Shown: positions 54,411-63,412, numbered from the stretch's first letter. The stretch is 64,000 nucleotides of DNA from Candidatus Omnitrophota bacterium (GCA_041651115.1 JBAZJY010000004.1:78114-142113), one strand, 5' to 3'. Made by a program: numbers and translations. Notes: generated from the sequence alone by a model not told the origin.

Positions 54411-54674
54411 TACGATGATTATAATTTTGCATCTGCCTTGTCTTGCTTTTCGCAGGGACGCTCGCCCCGCCCAGCGTGCGGGGCTTCGCTCGGAAGTCGG
54501 CTTTCGCTCTCCCCGCCGTTGTTGGAGACAAACGGCGAGGATCCATGCCCGCTCAAGCCTCCTACGCCCTGCTCAAAGCAAAACAAGTCAGCCGCAAAAT
54601 TATTAGCGATATCTTACGGCGAAATGTTGCAGCGCCGAGAATAAAAAAGCGGAAATTAACGAAGGAATGAGAAA

Positions 54675-56132
54675 ATGAGAATGAGCGTGATCAGCCCGAA
54701 TTTAAGCGGGTGCTGTTCGATCCTTGATATCGGCGTTACCTGCCTTGCGACTTACATCAATGAGCGCACGGAGCATAAGGCGAATATCATTGATTATACT
54801 TTCCGGACGAAGGACTGGAAATCCTACCTAAAGAAACGGCTGGAAGAATTTAAGCCCGACGTTATCGGCATCACCACGACTTCGCTTTTTATGCGTTATG
54901 TGCGCCTGACCATTGAGGAAATAAGGAAGGAATATAGTCAAGATGTGCCGATCGTCCTGGGCGGCTACCATACTACTTTGAATCCCGATTCAGTGATCAA
55001 GGAACCCGGGGTTGACGCGATCGTGCTTGGAGAGGGCGAATATATCATCAGCGATTATCTTGACGCGCTTGCTAAAGGCAAGAGCTTGGACGGCATTACC
55101 GGATTGTGGTATAAGAAGGGCGCAGAGTTCGTCAAGAATCCCAAGCGCGGCTGGATCGAAGATATTGACAGCCTGCCTGTTCCCGATTACGACCTTTGGG
55201 AAGATATTGATAAATATTTTTATTTTATCAGCCAGCTCTGGTTTATGGGCACGCGCGGCTGCCCGTTTAAATGCACGAATTGCTCGGAAGAGCCGATGAA
55301 CAAGGCCCTTCCCGGCAAGCGTTTTCGCGTGCGTAACCCCAAGGCCTATGTCCAGGAAATAAAACAGCAATGGCTTAAATATAAAGACCGGGGTTTTCGC
55401 ATGGCGCATCCCTTTGACGCGGTCTTTACCGTTAATACCGAATGGGTAAGGGATTTTTGCGAAGAATATAAAGCTCAAGGCCTGGCAGGTAAGCTTCCAT
55501 TTTCCGTATTTACCCACGGCGCGACTTCGCAGGAAGAAAAAGTAAAGTTGCTTGCCGCAGCCGGGTGCAAAGAAGTGCGCATAGGCATTGAATCAGGCAG
55601 CGAGCGCGTAAGGAATGAAGTTTACGGCAAACACGCCACAGACGCGCAGATCCGGGAGGCATTCAAAAATTTTCATAAATACGGACTAAACGTCATTGCT
55701 TACAACATGTTAGGCGGCCCGACCGAAACCAAAGAAATACTCTGGCAAACCTATAATTTTAACAAAGAGTTACAGCCGGAAAAGCCGATCTTTTTCATTT
55801 TCCGGCCGCTGCCCGGAACCGATATTATCGCGCAAATGAACAGCCTTGGGGAGGAAATTGACAGCGCGGCGATGTCGCATGAGATTGATACCCTGCATTG
55901 GGGCGCGGCATTAAAATCCAAAAGCCGCAGCGAAAACTACGTAGAGTATTTCCAGCTGCGCTGTTTCCTGTATTTTGTTTCAAGAAGGGTATGGCGTTTG
56001 ATAAAAAAACAAAAGCTGCGTTTCTTTATCAATTTTTTCAGGTATATGTATACCGCCCGGAAATATAAGCTTGACATGCGCATTGCCTTTGCTTATTTTC
56101 TTGCTTCCTGCGGCGATAGCCTGTTTATGTAA
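54675..56132 (+). CDS. Class B (B12-binding) radical SAM enzyme
   Basis: The radical SAM motif is TRGCPFKCTNCSE. An N-terminal B12-binding-like domain is present. The protein is 485 aa. Confidence 0.7.
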   Translation: MRMSVISPNLSGCCSILDIGVTCLATYINERTEHKANIIDYTFRTKDWKSYLKKRLEEFKPDVIGITTTSLFMRYVRLTIEEIRKEYSQDVPIVLGGYHTTLNPDSVIKEPGVDAIVLGEGEYIISDYLDALAKGKSLDGITGLWYKKGAEFVKNPKRGWIEDIDSLPVPDYDLWEDIDKYFYFISQLWFMGTRGCPFKCTNCSEEPMNKALPGKRFRVRNPKAYVQEIKQQWLKYKDRGFRMAHPFDAVFTVNTEWVRDFCEEYKAQGLAGKLPFSVFTHGATSQEEKVKLLAAAGCKEVRIGIESGSERVRNEVYGKHATDAQIREAFKNFHKYGLNVIAYNMLGGPTETKEILWQTYNFNKELQPEKPIFFIFRPLPGTDIIAQMNSLGEEIDSAAMSHEIDTLHWGAALKSKSRSENYVEYFQLRCFLYFVSRRVWRLIKKQKLRFFINFFRYMYTARKYKLDMRIAFAYFLASCGDSLFM

Positions 56133-56641
56133 TGGTAAAAGGTTTATTCCTCGGAGTATTCTGTTTTTTATTGTTCCTCCTGCATACTTCCATATTCCAC
56201 AGGTTTAATATCCGGCGGAAATTCTTCGCGGTCGCGCTTTCATTCTTCGGCGGGTTATTTATTTATACGCTGCTTTTTCTGGCCGTGCCCAGGGAATATT
56301 TTCAAAATATTGCGCCGGCGCTGGCCCTGGCATTTTTAAACGGAGCGTTCCTGCATTTCTTTTTTTATTATTTCTATATCCACTTCATACAGATCATGGA
56401 CCGGTCGGTATCTACGCGGATGATGACCGAGATCGAAAAATCGCCTGCCTGCCGGCTTAAAGCGGAAGAGCTGGAGATGGCCTACAGTATGGATGAAAAA
56501 ATTTCTACGGAAATGGAAGACATGGTTATCCTCGGGCGGCTGATTAAGGACGGGGATGAATACAGGCTGGCACCTAAGGGCAGGCTTCATTCGGCGGTTT
56601 TTAAAAACGTGCGGGATTATTTAAGGCTAAGGAGAAGTTAG
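56132..56641 (+). CDS. Hypothetical 4-TM membrane protein with a cytoplasmic C-terminal domain (paralog A)
   Basis: It shares the pattern DRSvSt..m.EIEkSP...L......AYS... with the downstream paralog. No family I can name was found. Confidence 0.45.
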   Translation: MVKGLFLGVFCFLLFLLHTSIFHRFNIRRKFFAVALSFFGGLFIYTLLFLAVPREYFQNIAPALALAFLNGAFLHFFFYYFYIHFIQIMDRSVSTRMMTEIEKSPACRLKAEELEMAYSMDEKISTEMEDMVILGRLIKDGDEYRLAPKGRLHSAVFKNVRDYLRLRRS

Positions 56642-56647
56642 GCCGTT

Positions 56648-57214
56648 ATGGAGATAATAAAGAGCATAATCATTGCCGTGATTTGTTCTTTTACCGCGCT
56701 GTTGCTGCATCTCTTCCTGAATATTTTCAGGAAGGGCAGGCAGGCGAGCGAGCCGGTGATCCTTGAACTGGGCAGGCAGGCAAAAATATCGCTGGCAGCT
56801 TGGATTTTCACGTTTATATTATTTATCGTTTTATTCTTTTTTCCTCCGGCGTTCATCAACGCCTTGGCAGGCGTAATCAACTCTTTTGAAAATCCGGCAG
56901 CATATATTTACGGCGTTTTCCTGTATTTAATCTTGTGTTTTTCATATTTAATCGTTTATTATTTTATTGACCGTTCAATATCCGCGACGCTGCTTGAAAT
57001 GATCGAGAATTCTCCGGAGGGTAAGCTAAGCATTCAGCAGATAAAAGAGGCGTATAGCGTATCCGGCAAATACCGCATGGAATTAAAAGGCATGGCCGAA
57101 GGCGGTTTTATCGTTGAAGAATCGGGATATTTCCGGAATTCCCTGAAAGGCCGGCTCTACGCAAGGCTGGCGTTGATCACGAAAGCGGTTTTAAAATTAG
57201 GGCCGGGAGGATAA
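56648..57214 (+). CDS. Hypothetical 4-TM membrane protein (paralog B of 56132..56641)
   Basis: This is a tandem paralog, with DRSISATLLEMIENSPEGKL..IKEAYS matching DRSVSTRMMTEIEKSPACRL..LEMAYS. Confidence 0.45.
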   Translation: MEIIKSIIIAVICSFTALLLHLFLNIFRKGRQASEPVILELGRQAKISLAAWIFTFILFIVLFFFPPAFINALAGVINSFENPAAYIYGVFLYLILCFSYLIVYYFIDRSISATLLEMIENSPEGKLSIQQIKEAYSVSGKYRMELKGMAEGGFIVEESGYFRNSLKGRLYARLALITKAVLKLGPGG

Positions 57215-57220
57215 GCAGGC

Positions 57221-58357
57221 ATGTTTACCGCAAAGACCAAAAAAGCTTTGGTAAAAGGGGTGCTTACCAAGAGGAGCCCGATCTACGTGCAGTTTGCGGT
57301 TACCAAGCTTTGTAACCTTAAATGCCGGATGTGCGGCTCTTCGCTGTCTAGAAAAGAAGAAGCGGAGCTTTCATTGCCGCAGATTGAAAAACTCGCCGGT
57401 AATCTGGATAAATTAAAAGCCGGAGTGATCCTGTTGACCGGCGGAGAAGTATTCCTGCGGCCGGATATCGCGGACATCGTGCGGATCTTTTCCCGGCGCG
57501 GCTTTACCGTGCGGCTGCAGACAAACGGCATCCTTGCCGACGAGGAAAAGATCAGGCAGGTATATGCAGCCGGGATAAAAGAAGTAACGATCTCCCTGAA
57601 CACGCTTTCGCCGGAGAAGCAGGACGCGATCACCGGGCAAGACGGTTCATGGCAAAAGATCATCGCTGCGATCGCCAGGTTCTCGCAGATACTTCCCGTC
57701 AAAGGCACGCTCCTGGGTATCAATACGGTTGTCACGCGCGACAATTTAGATGAGCTTCCGCAGCTGATAAAGTTTGTCAGCGGGATCGGTTTTTATTCTT
57801 CGCTGATACCGATCCACCTCAGTAATCCCGGCGACGGCGATTTCATCATCAGGAAATATTCTCCGGAATCCGCTTTTCAACCGTCGGATTTTGAGAGGAT
57901 CGATGAAGTATACGGCAGGATCATCCGGATGAAGAAACAAGGTTATAACATTTATAACTCGTACAAATTCCTGCGTAACAGCCCGGCATTCTTAAAGGGT
58001 AAGAGGGTCAACTGGCGCTGTGACAGCCCGCATTTATATTTTGCCATCAGCCCATCAGGGAATTTCCTGCCTTGCGTGGATATCAAGACTTCTATTTCAA
58101 TGTTGGATGACAGTTTCCCCGCGCTGTATCGCTCGCAGGATTTTCAGAAGAAAATACGGCAGATGGTGGAAAAATGCCGCGGTTGTTTTTACGCCTGTTG
58201 GCCGGAAATGACTTATCTCTGCCGCGATCCGTTTGTCTTTTTGGAAAGGGCAAGGTTTGCCATGGCGGCAGCCGTAAAAATACGCAAACCCGTAACTTAT
58301 CCACAGTGCCTGAGCCTCATTGAGGGCATAAGAAACGCGCCTTCCCCGCTTACCTAA
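57221..58357 (+). CDS. Radical SAM enzyme with a C-terminal SPASM/twitch-like Cys-rich domain
   Basis: The radical SAM motif is CNLKCRMCGS. A GGE motif reads LLTGGEVFLRPD. The C-terminal Cys cluster reads C...C...CRGCFYAC...C. The protein is 378 aa. Confidence 0.7.
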   Translation: MFTAKTKKALVKGVLTKRSPIYVQFAVTKLCNLKCRMCGSSLSRKEEAELSLPQIEKLAGNLDKLKAGVILLTGGEVFLRPDIADIVRIFSRRGFTVRLQTNGILADEEKIRQVYAAGIKEVTISLNTLSPEKQDAITGQDGSWQKIIAAIARFSQILPVKGTLLGINTVVTRDNLDELPQLIKFVSGIGFYSSLIPIHLSNPGDGDFIIRKYSPESAFQPSDFERIDEVYGRIIRMKKQGYNIYNSYKFLRNSPAFLKGKRVNWRCDSPHLYFAISPSGNFLPCVDIKTSISMLDDSFPALYRSQDFQKKIRQMVEKCRGCFYACWPEMTYLCRDPFVFLERARFAMAAAVKIRKPVTYPQCLSLIEGIRNAPSPLT

Positions 58358-58544
58358 TATTGCAAGATCAAAAAATCTTCCCAAACTCCTTTTGTGATAA
58401 AAAGTTAGACCCCCTCAAGGCCTGACTGCCTATTTTTTTAAAATATTATTGACAAAATAGCGATTATATGATACTGTAAACAATAACAACGCAACAAATT
58501 ATGTAAAATTCAGCAGCCGCGCTTAAGAAGACCTGGAAAGATTT

Positions 58545-58572
58545 TTGTAAGGCATCCTATTTGTACTATAAT
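58545..58572 (+). promoter_or_regulatory. Putative sigma70-type promoter, TTGTAA-N16-TATAAT
   Basis: The hexamers were read directly. A terminator-like hairpin, AGCCTAAC...GTTAGGCT plus a T-rich run, follows at 58626-58663 before the exeA-like ATG at 58679. Confidence 0.4.
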
Positions 58573-58678
58573 AAGATACAGCAAATATGCGAGATGCATA
58601 TAAGGGGAATCGGCAGCGTAAAAACAGCCTAACTTCTAAAAAAGAGTTAGGCTTTTCTTATTTATATAGAGGCGAAAG

Positions 58679-59560
58679 ATGAGTTATTTCAAGGTTTTAG
58701 GATTTGAGAAGGAACCTTTTTCCACAAGCCCGGATCCGGACTTTTTTTATCTGTCAAAGGAGCACGAGATCGCTTTAACAAACATTCTTATTGATCTCAG
58801 GCTTAAGCGCGGCCTTTGCATTATCCTTGGCGATGTCGGCACCGGAAAGACGACCCTTTCGCGCAAGCTGATCCAGGAATTAAAATCCCGCGATGATTTT
58901 ATTTTTCACATCGTGCTTGACCCGTCATTTGACAGCGAAGAATTATTTTTAACTTCGCTGGCGCGTAATTTTGAGATCGGGCTTGGCGCGAATATTTCCG
59001 ACCTTTCAATATTAGACCTGCGCGAAGCCCTGGAGCGCTTCCTTTTTCAAAAAGGCGTTACGGAAAATAAGACCGTTACGCTGATCGTTGATGAGGCGCA
59101 AAAATTGAGCGAAGGCTCGCTTGAGCTTTTGCGCGTGCTGCTTAATTATGAAACAAACGAATTTAAATTGCTGCAGCTTATTTTATTGGGCCAGCTGGAA
59201 CTTTATTCCAAGATCGTGAATATCCCGAACTTTTTTGACCGCATCAGTTTCAAATATACGCTTAATCCGTTAGACTATAATGAAACGAAGGAAATGATCG
59301 CCTTTCGCATCAGGCAGGCCGGCTATCAGGCGAATATGGATATATTTTTGGAAGACGCGCTGCGCGCGATCTATGAGCACAGCCGCGGCTATCCGCGCCA
59401 GATCACCATGCTCTGCCATAAATCCTTAAAGAACCTTGTGCTCAAAAATAAATACGTCGTTGATTCCGAGATCGTCAACGAACTGATCGAAGAAGAGGTC
59501 AAGTCGGGATGGCACAGAAAAAGCAACCCGTTGCAGTCCAACATCGTGAGGACAAACTAG
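58679..59560 (+). CDS. ExeA/GspA-like AAA ATPase (MshM-like)
   Basis: Walker A reads GDVGTGKTT. Walker B reads VTLIVDEAQ. The ExeA-family architecture is present. The protein is 293 aa. Confidence 0.7.
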   Translation: MSYFKVLGFEKEPFSTSPDPDFFYLSKEHEIALTNILIDLRLKRGLCIILGDVGTGKTTLSRKLIQELKSRDDFIFHIVLDPSFDSEELFLTSLARNFEIGLGANISDLSILDLREALERFLFQKGVTENKTVTLIVDEAQKLSEGSLELLRVLLNYETNEFKLLQLILLGQLELYSKIVNIPNFFDRISFKYTLNPLDYNETKEMIAFRIRQAGYQANMDIFLEDALRAIYEHSRGYPRQITMLCHKSLKNLVLKNKYVVDSEIVNELIEEEVKSGWHRKSNPLQSNIVRTN

Positions 59561-59561
59561 A

Positions 59562-60809
59562 GTGCGCAGGCCAGGCATAAACACAAATTATTTTTTGATC
59601 GCATTGGCTACGGCAGTAGGGTTGGTCATCGGCTTGATCCTCAGCCAGACCGGCAAGGCTAAAGATATCGTCTCTGCTGAAATCATCAGCCCGATAAAAT
59701 CCGCTAACGCTTCTCCGAGCGCACCGGCACAGAATAATCCGCCGGCAAAACCGTCGCCTGAAAAAATTTCCAAAGCGCCCGACGCGGAAAAGAGCATCTT
59801 GCGCCTGAAAGACTACATCAAAAGTACCGAAGAAAAAAGCGCTTTTCTTAAAGAGAAAGTCGAGCTTCTCGACGACTTACTTAATTCCAAGGGCAAAGAG
59901 CTGGCAAAATTAAATACCGATAACGCCATCCTTAAAGAAAATCTTAACCAGACGATCGAGCTGCAAAATAAATTAAAGGCAGAGCTTGAACAAAATATTA
60001 ACAGCCTCCGGGAGCAACTCAGCCAAAAAGACGCGGACATCTCCAGTCTTAACGCGGCCAAGGCGGGATTGGAAGGCCAGCTTGCCGAATTGAATAATAA
60101 ATTGTCCGTTCTTTCAACGGATTATGCTGTTTTGCAGGCTAAGTCCGGCAGTTTAGAGCAGGATAAATCATCGCTGGAATCAAGGCTTGGCCGGATCAGG
60201 GAAGACCTGGACCGGCAGGAGGCAATCAACGACACCCTGAATAAAAACGTATCGGAATTAACGGCAAGCCTTGCTGCCAAAGAAAAAGAGCGTTTGGATA
60301 TCAGCGTTGAGCTTGAGCAGCTGATGTCTGCTAAGGCTAATGCGGAAACAGAGCTTGCCCGGATTAAATCGGCAAAGGCAGAAGCGGATAACAATATAAA
60401 CCAGCTCAACAGCCGTATAAGCGAGATCAACGCGTTGTATGAGGAGGCGAAAAAATCGCTCTTTCAAATGTCAAATATGCTTGCTGCCAAAGAACAGTTG
60501 ATCAATGAAAAAGAAAGCGAGGCCTCCGCCCTAAAAGACAGCCTCGTTAAATCTGACGGAGGCAAGGGCCTATTGCTTTCTGCTTTGGATGAAAAGGAAA
60601 AGGTCATCTGCGACCTGAACGCGGCGCTGGCCAGTATGGAAGGCCGCATTGCTGCCATGCAGAAAGAGCTCGCCGCGCAAGAAGAGCGCCAGGCAAACAC
60701 CAGCCGGCAGCTGGCCGAGGCAGTATCGTTGAATAAAAATTTAAAAATGAAACTTAAAAATATATATATTGAGTTGGAAATGATCCGGGCCGAAAGGCAG
60801 GGGCGATAA
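59562..60809 (+). CDS. Membrane-anchored long coiled-coil protein (ExeB/GspB-like partner?)
   Basis: The start is GTG. The N-terminal TM reads YFLIALATAVGLVIGLIL. A PA-rich linker follows. About 280 aa of heptad-rich coiled coil then follow, rich in L, E, K, N and Q. Confidence 0.5.
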   Translation: MRRPGINTNYFLIALATAVGLVIGLILSQTGKAKDIVSAEIISPIKSANASPSAPAQNNPPAKPSPEKISKAPDAEKSILRLKDYIKSTEEKSAFLKEKVELLDDLLNSKGKELAKLNTDNAILKENLNQTIELQNKLKAELEQNINSLREQLSQKDADISSLNAAKAGLEGQLAELNNKLSVLSTDYAVLQAKSGSLEQDKSSLESRLGRIREDLDRQEAINDTLNKNVSELTASLAAKEKERLDISVELEQLMSAKANAETELARIKSAKAEADNNINQLNSRISEINALYEEAKKSLFQMSNMLAAKEQLINEKESEASALKDSLVKSDGGKGLLLSALDEKEKVICDLNAALASMEGRIAAMQKELAAQEERQANTSRQLAEAVSLNKNLKMKLKNIYIELEMIRAERQGR

Positions 60810-60812
60810 AAT

Positions 60813-61490
60813 ATGGCGCAGGGAAAGCCGGCTACGCCGGAAAAAGAGCTTTTAAATTTGATTGAGAAGCCGATGTCGCGCGGGACGCTTAACGCGGCAA
60901 CGATCAAATACCACGGATTAAGCTGGCTGTCCATGGGCGGCCTGAAAGGAAGGTTTGCTTTTTTCCGGAACAGGCTGAAGTTTGATTTCCGGGCAAAGAG
61001 CTTTCGCGAATTAGATATCCGCACGTTAAATAAAATACTTAAAATTTCCCTGGTCGGGCTTTCGGTCTATTACGTAATTTTTTTATCCATGTCCATCGCC
61101 AACCTTAACAAAGAATTGAAGTTTGAGGTCAAGATCGAGAAAGCGGGAGAAGGCGTTCCTGCGAAAACAAATTCTTTCCTGAGATCGGCGTCTTATTACC
61201 TTGAGCGGGCGAAAGAAAAAGATATTTTCCGCAAAGGGATGAAAAAAATCATGGCGGCAACCGGGGTGATGAAAACTCCCTCGCAAAAAATGCTTGAACT
61301 CACCCAGAATTACCGACTGGTGGGTATTTCATGGTCGGATAACCCCGACGTGATGATCGAAGACACCAAGACCCAGCGGACGTTTTTCTTAAGGCGGGGC
61401 CAGATAATTGAAAATGATATTATCCTCAAGGAAGTGTTTAAAGACAAAGTTGTCCTCGGCCTTGGCGGAGAAGAGATAGAGCTGCGATGA
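60813..61490 (+). CDS. Hypothetical single-TM protein, GspC/PilP-like secretin-associated candidate
   Basis: It has one TM (ISLVGLSVYYVIFL). The C-terminal beta-rich segment ends ..VVLGLGGEEIEL. It is coupled to the secretin gene through a 4-nt overlap. Confidence 0.4.
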   Translation: MAQGKPATPEKELLNLIEKPMSRGTLNAATIKYHGLSWLSMGGLKGRFAFFRNRLKFDFRAKSFRELDIRTLNKILKISLVGLSVYYVIFLSMSIANLNKELKFEVKIEKAGEGVPAKTNSFLRSASYYLERAKEKDIFRKGMKKIMAATGVMKTPSQKMLELTQNYRLVGISWSDNPDVMIEDTKTQRTFFLRRGQIIENDIILKEVFKDKVVLGLGGEEIELR

Positions 61491-63412
61491 TGCGTAAAAC
61501 GTTTTTCTTCACATTATTATTTACCTGCGCGCTGGCCACAGGCCTTAATAACCTGGCTGCTGAAGAGGCTGTCCCGCAGGTCTTTTTGCCCAAAGACTTA
61601 AAGATGCCTCAGGGTATTTCTATTGCCGGAAAGGGAGAGAGGATCTCTGTGAGCCTGCGCAACATTGACATCATTGAAGCGCTGAAATTCTTTTCTATGC
61701 GTTCGGGGTTGAATATTATCCCTACCCAGAAAGTAGCGGGAAGGGTTACGCTTACGGTTGAAGACGTGCCGGTAATGGATGTTTTTGATATTATGTTACG
61801 CTCAAACTCCCTTGCTTATGACCGCAAGGGAGAGATCTTTAACGTCATGACTGAAGACGAATACCGCATGCTTTACGGAAAAAACTTTTCCGATACGCGC
61901 CAGGTAAAAGTGTTCCGGCTTAAATACGCCGTGCCTGAACAGGCATTTGCCATGCTTGATGCGCTTAAGAGCGAGATCGGCAGGCTCCTTGTAGAGGTAG
62001 AATCCGGGGCAATAATGCTCATTGACACGCCGGAAAAACTCACCGAGGCTGAAAAAGCGCTGGCTGCGCTTGAGCAGAAGAATACCGTTAAAGTCTTTGA
62101 CCTGAAATACGCGCTGGCTAAAGACGTGGAAGAACAGCTGAAGAATCAGCTTGACCTTAAAAAAGTGGGTATTGTAAAGTCGGATAGCCGCACCAACCAG
62201 ATCATTGTCCAGGCGCTGCCTGAAAGGATGCCAAACATAGAAGAGCTGATCGCACGGCTTGATAAAAAGACCAAGGCGGTGCTTATTGATACCAAGATCC
62301 TCAAGATAAAATTAAGCGACAGGGAAGACCGCGGGATACAATGGGAAGGCCTGTTTAACATCGCCAAACAATACGGCATGGCATACCTGGGCTCGTATCC
62401 GTTCAGCGCCATACAGTCTGCGACCTCTGCCTTTAAAACAAGAAGTGATTTATTGAGCAGTTTAGGCGGGCAGGTAGGCTCGTATCCTTTTAGCGGCACA
62501 ACTTCCAATCTTAGCGCCAGCACAAAGACCGTCCTCGGAGAAAAAATGCATATCGGCGTCGTGGATTCAAAGCGCGATTTTGACGTGGTCATTGATTATT
62601 TATCAACGCTGGGCAAATCCAAGATCATGGCCAGCCCTTCCATATCCGTGGTCAATAATCAGGAAGCCAAGATCCATATCGGCGAAAGGCGCGCTTATGT
62701 TACTACCACCACGACTACGGGCTCAAGTTCGGTTACGGTAGCAGAAGAGATCACTTACGTGGACGTCGGCATAAGGCTGTCGGTAATCCCGACGATAAAC
62801 GATGACGGCTACGTTACGATTAAAGTTAAGCCGGAAATAAGCAGCGTGGTGGATAACATAGTGACCTCCAGCAATAATACCATACCTATACTTGATACCA
62901 GCACTGCCGAGACAACGGTGATTGCCAAGGATAAGTCAACGATCATTATCGGAGGATTGGGCAGGGAGGAAGTAACTTCAAGCTCAAAGCAGGTCCCGTT
63001 TTTTGGCAACCTTCCGCTGATCGGGTTTTTATTTAAATCAAAAACGCAGACAAACGAGCGCTTTGAGCTGGTGATCATGCTTACGCCGATCATTTTTGAG
63101 GGGGATAAGTTTATTACCGCCGAGGAGGCAGATAAATTTCCCGTTAAGTCACCTAAGAAATTTGATGTCTTTAAGCCTGAAGGCAAGCTTAATCAGGGCA
63201 CGGCTGCGGCAGTGCTTCTAAAAGATGAGTTTATGTCTAAAAGTTTTAAGCCGTACAGTACCTCCATCTCGCCGGAGCCTGAAACCGGCGTTATGCCGGC
63301 ATCAAGTATAAAAGATAATGTAAATTTACAAAATTTCAAACTTGGGACCATGGGCGGTTCGGAGACAAGGGTAGATAAGACTGCGGGCAAAGGGTTTAGA
63401 GCGTATAATTGA
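61487..63412 (+). CDS. Secretin (GspD/PilQ/MshL superfamily outer-membrane channel)
   Basis: The secretin C-domain reads SKIMASPSISVVNNQEAKIHIGE...TTVIAKDKSTIIIGGL...VPFFGNLPLIGFLFKSKTQTNERFELVIMLTPII. A signal peptide is present. The protein is 641 aa. Confidence 0.8.
   Translation: MMRKTFFFTLLFTCALATGLNNLAAEEAVPQVFLPKDLKMPQGISIAGKGERISVSLRNIDIIEALKFFSMRSGLNIIPTQKVAGRVTLTVEDVPVMDVFDIMLRSNSLAYDRKGEIFNVMTEDEYRMLYGKNFSDTRQVKVFRLKYAVPEQAFAMLDALKSEIGRLLVEVESGAIMLIDTPEKLTEAEKALAALEQKNTVKVFDLKYALAKDVEEQLKNQLDLKKVGIVKSDSRTNQIIVQALPERMPNIEELIARLDKKTKAVLIDTKILKIKLSDREDRGIQWEGLFNIAKQYGMAYLGSYPFSAIQSATSAFKTRSDLLSSLGGQVGSYPFSGTTSNLSASTKTVLGEKMHIGVVDSKRDFDVVIDYLSTLGKSKIMASPSISVVNNQEAKIHIGERRAYVTTTTTTGSSSVTVAEEITYVDVGIRLSVIPTINDDGYVTIKVKPEISSVVDNIVTSSNNTIPILDTSTAETTVIAKDKSTIIIGGLGREEVTSSSKQVPFFGNLPLIGFLFKSKTQTNERFELVIMLTPIIFEGDKFITAEEADKFPVKSPKKFDVFKPEGKLNQGTAAAVLLKDEFMSKSFKPYSTSISPEPETGVMPASSIKDNVNLQNFKLGTMGGSETRVDKTAGKGFRAYN

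Noticed and set aside
54415-54670. Three overlapping small + strand ORFs (63, 68 and 75 aa)
   Set aside because: All three frames are open only because the segment is locally GC-rich. The translations are P/A/R-rich with no domain. I interpret the region as non-coding structured spacer.
54411-54674. Cobalamin riboswitch upstream of the B12-binding radical SAM gene
   Set aside because: I looked for the B12-box (rAGYCMGgAGaCCkGCC) and the conserved GCCACUG core. Only a weak GGAGACaaaCGGC resemblance is present, so a riboswitch is not supported by eye. It still needs an Infernal scan.
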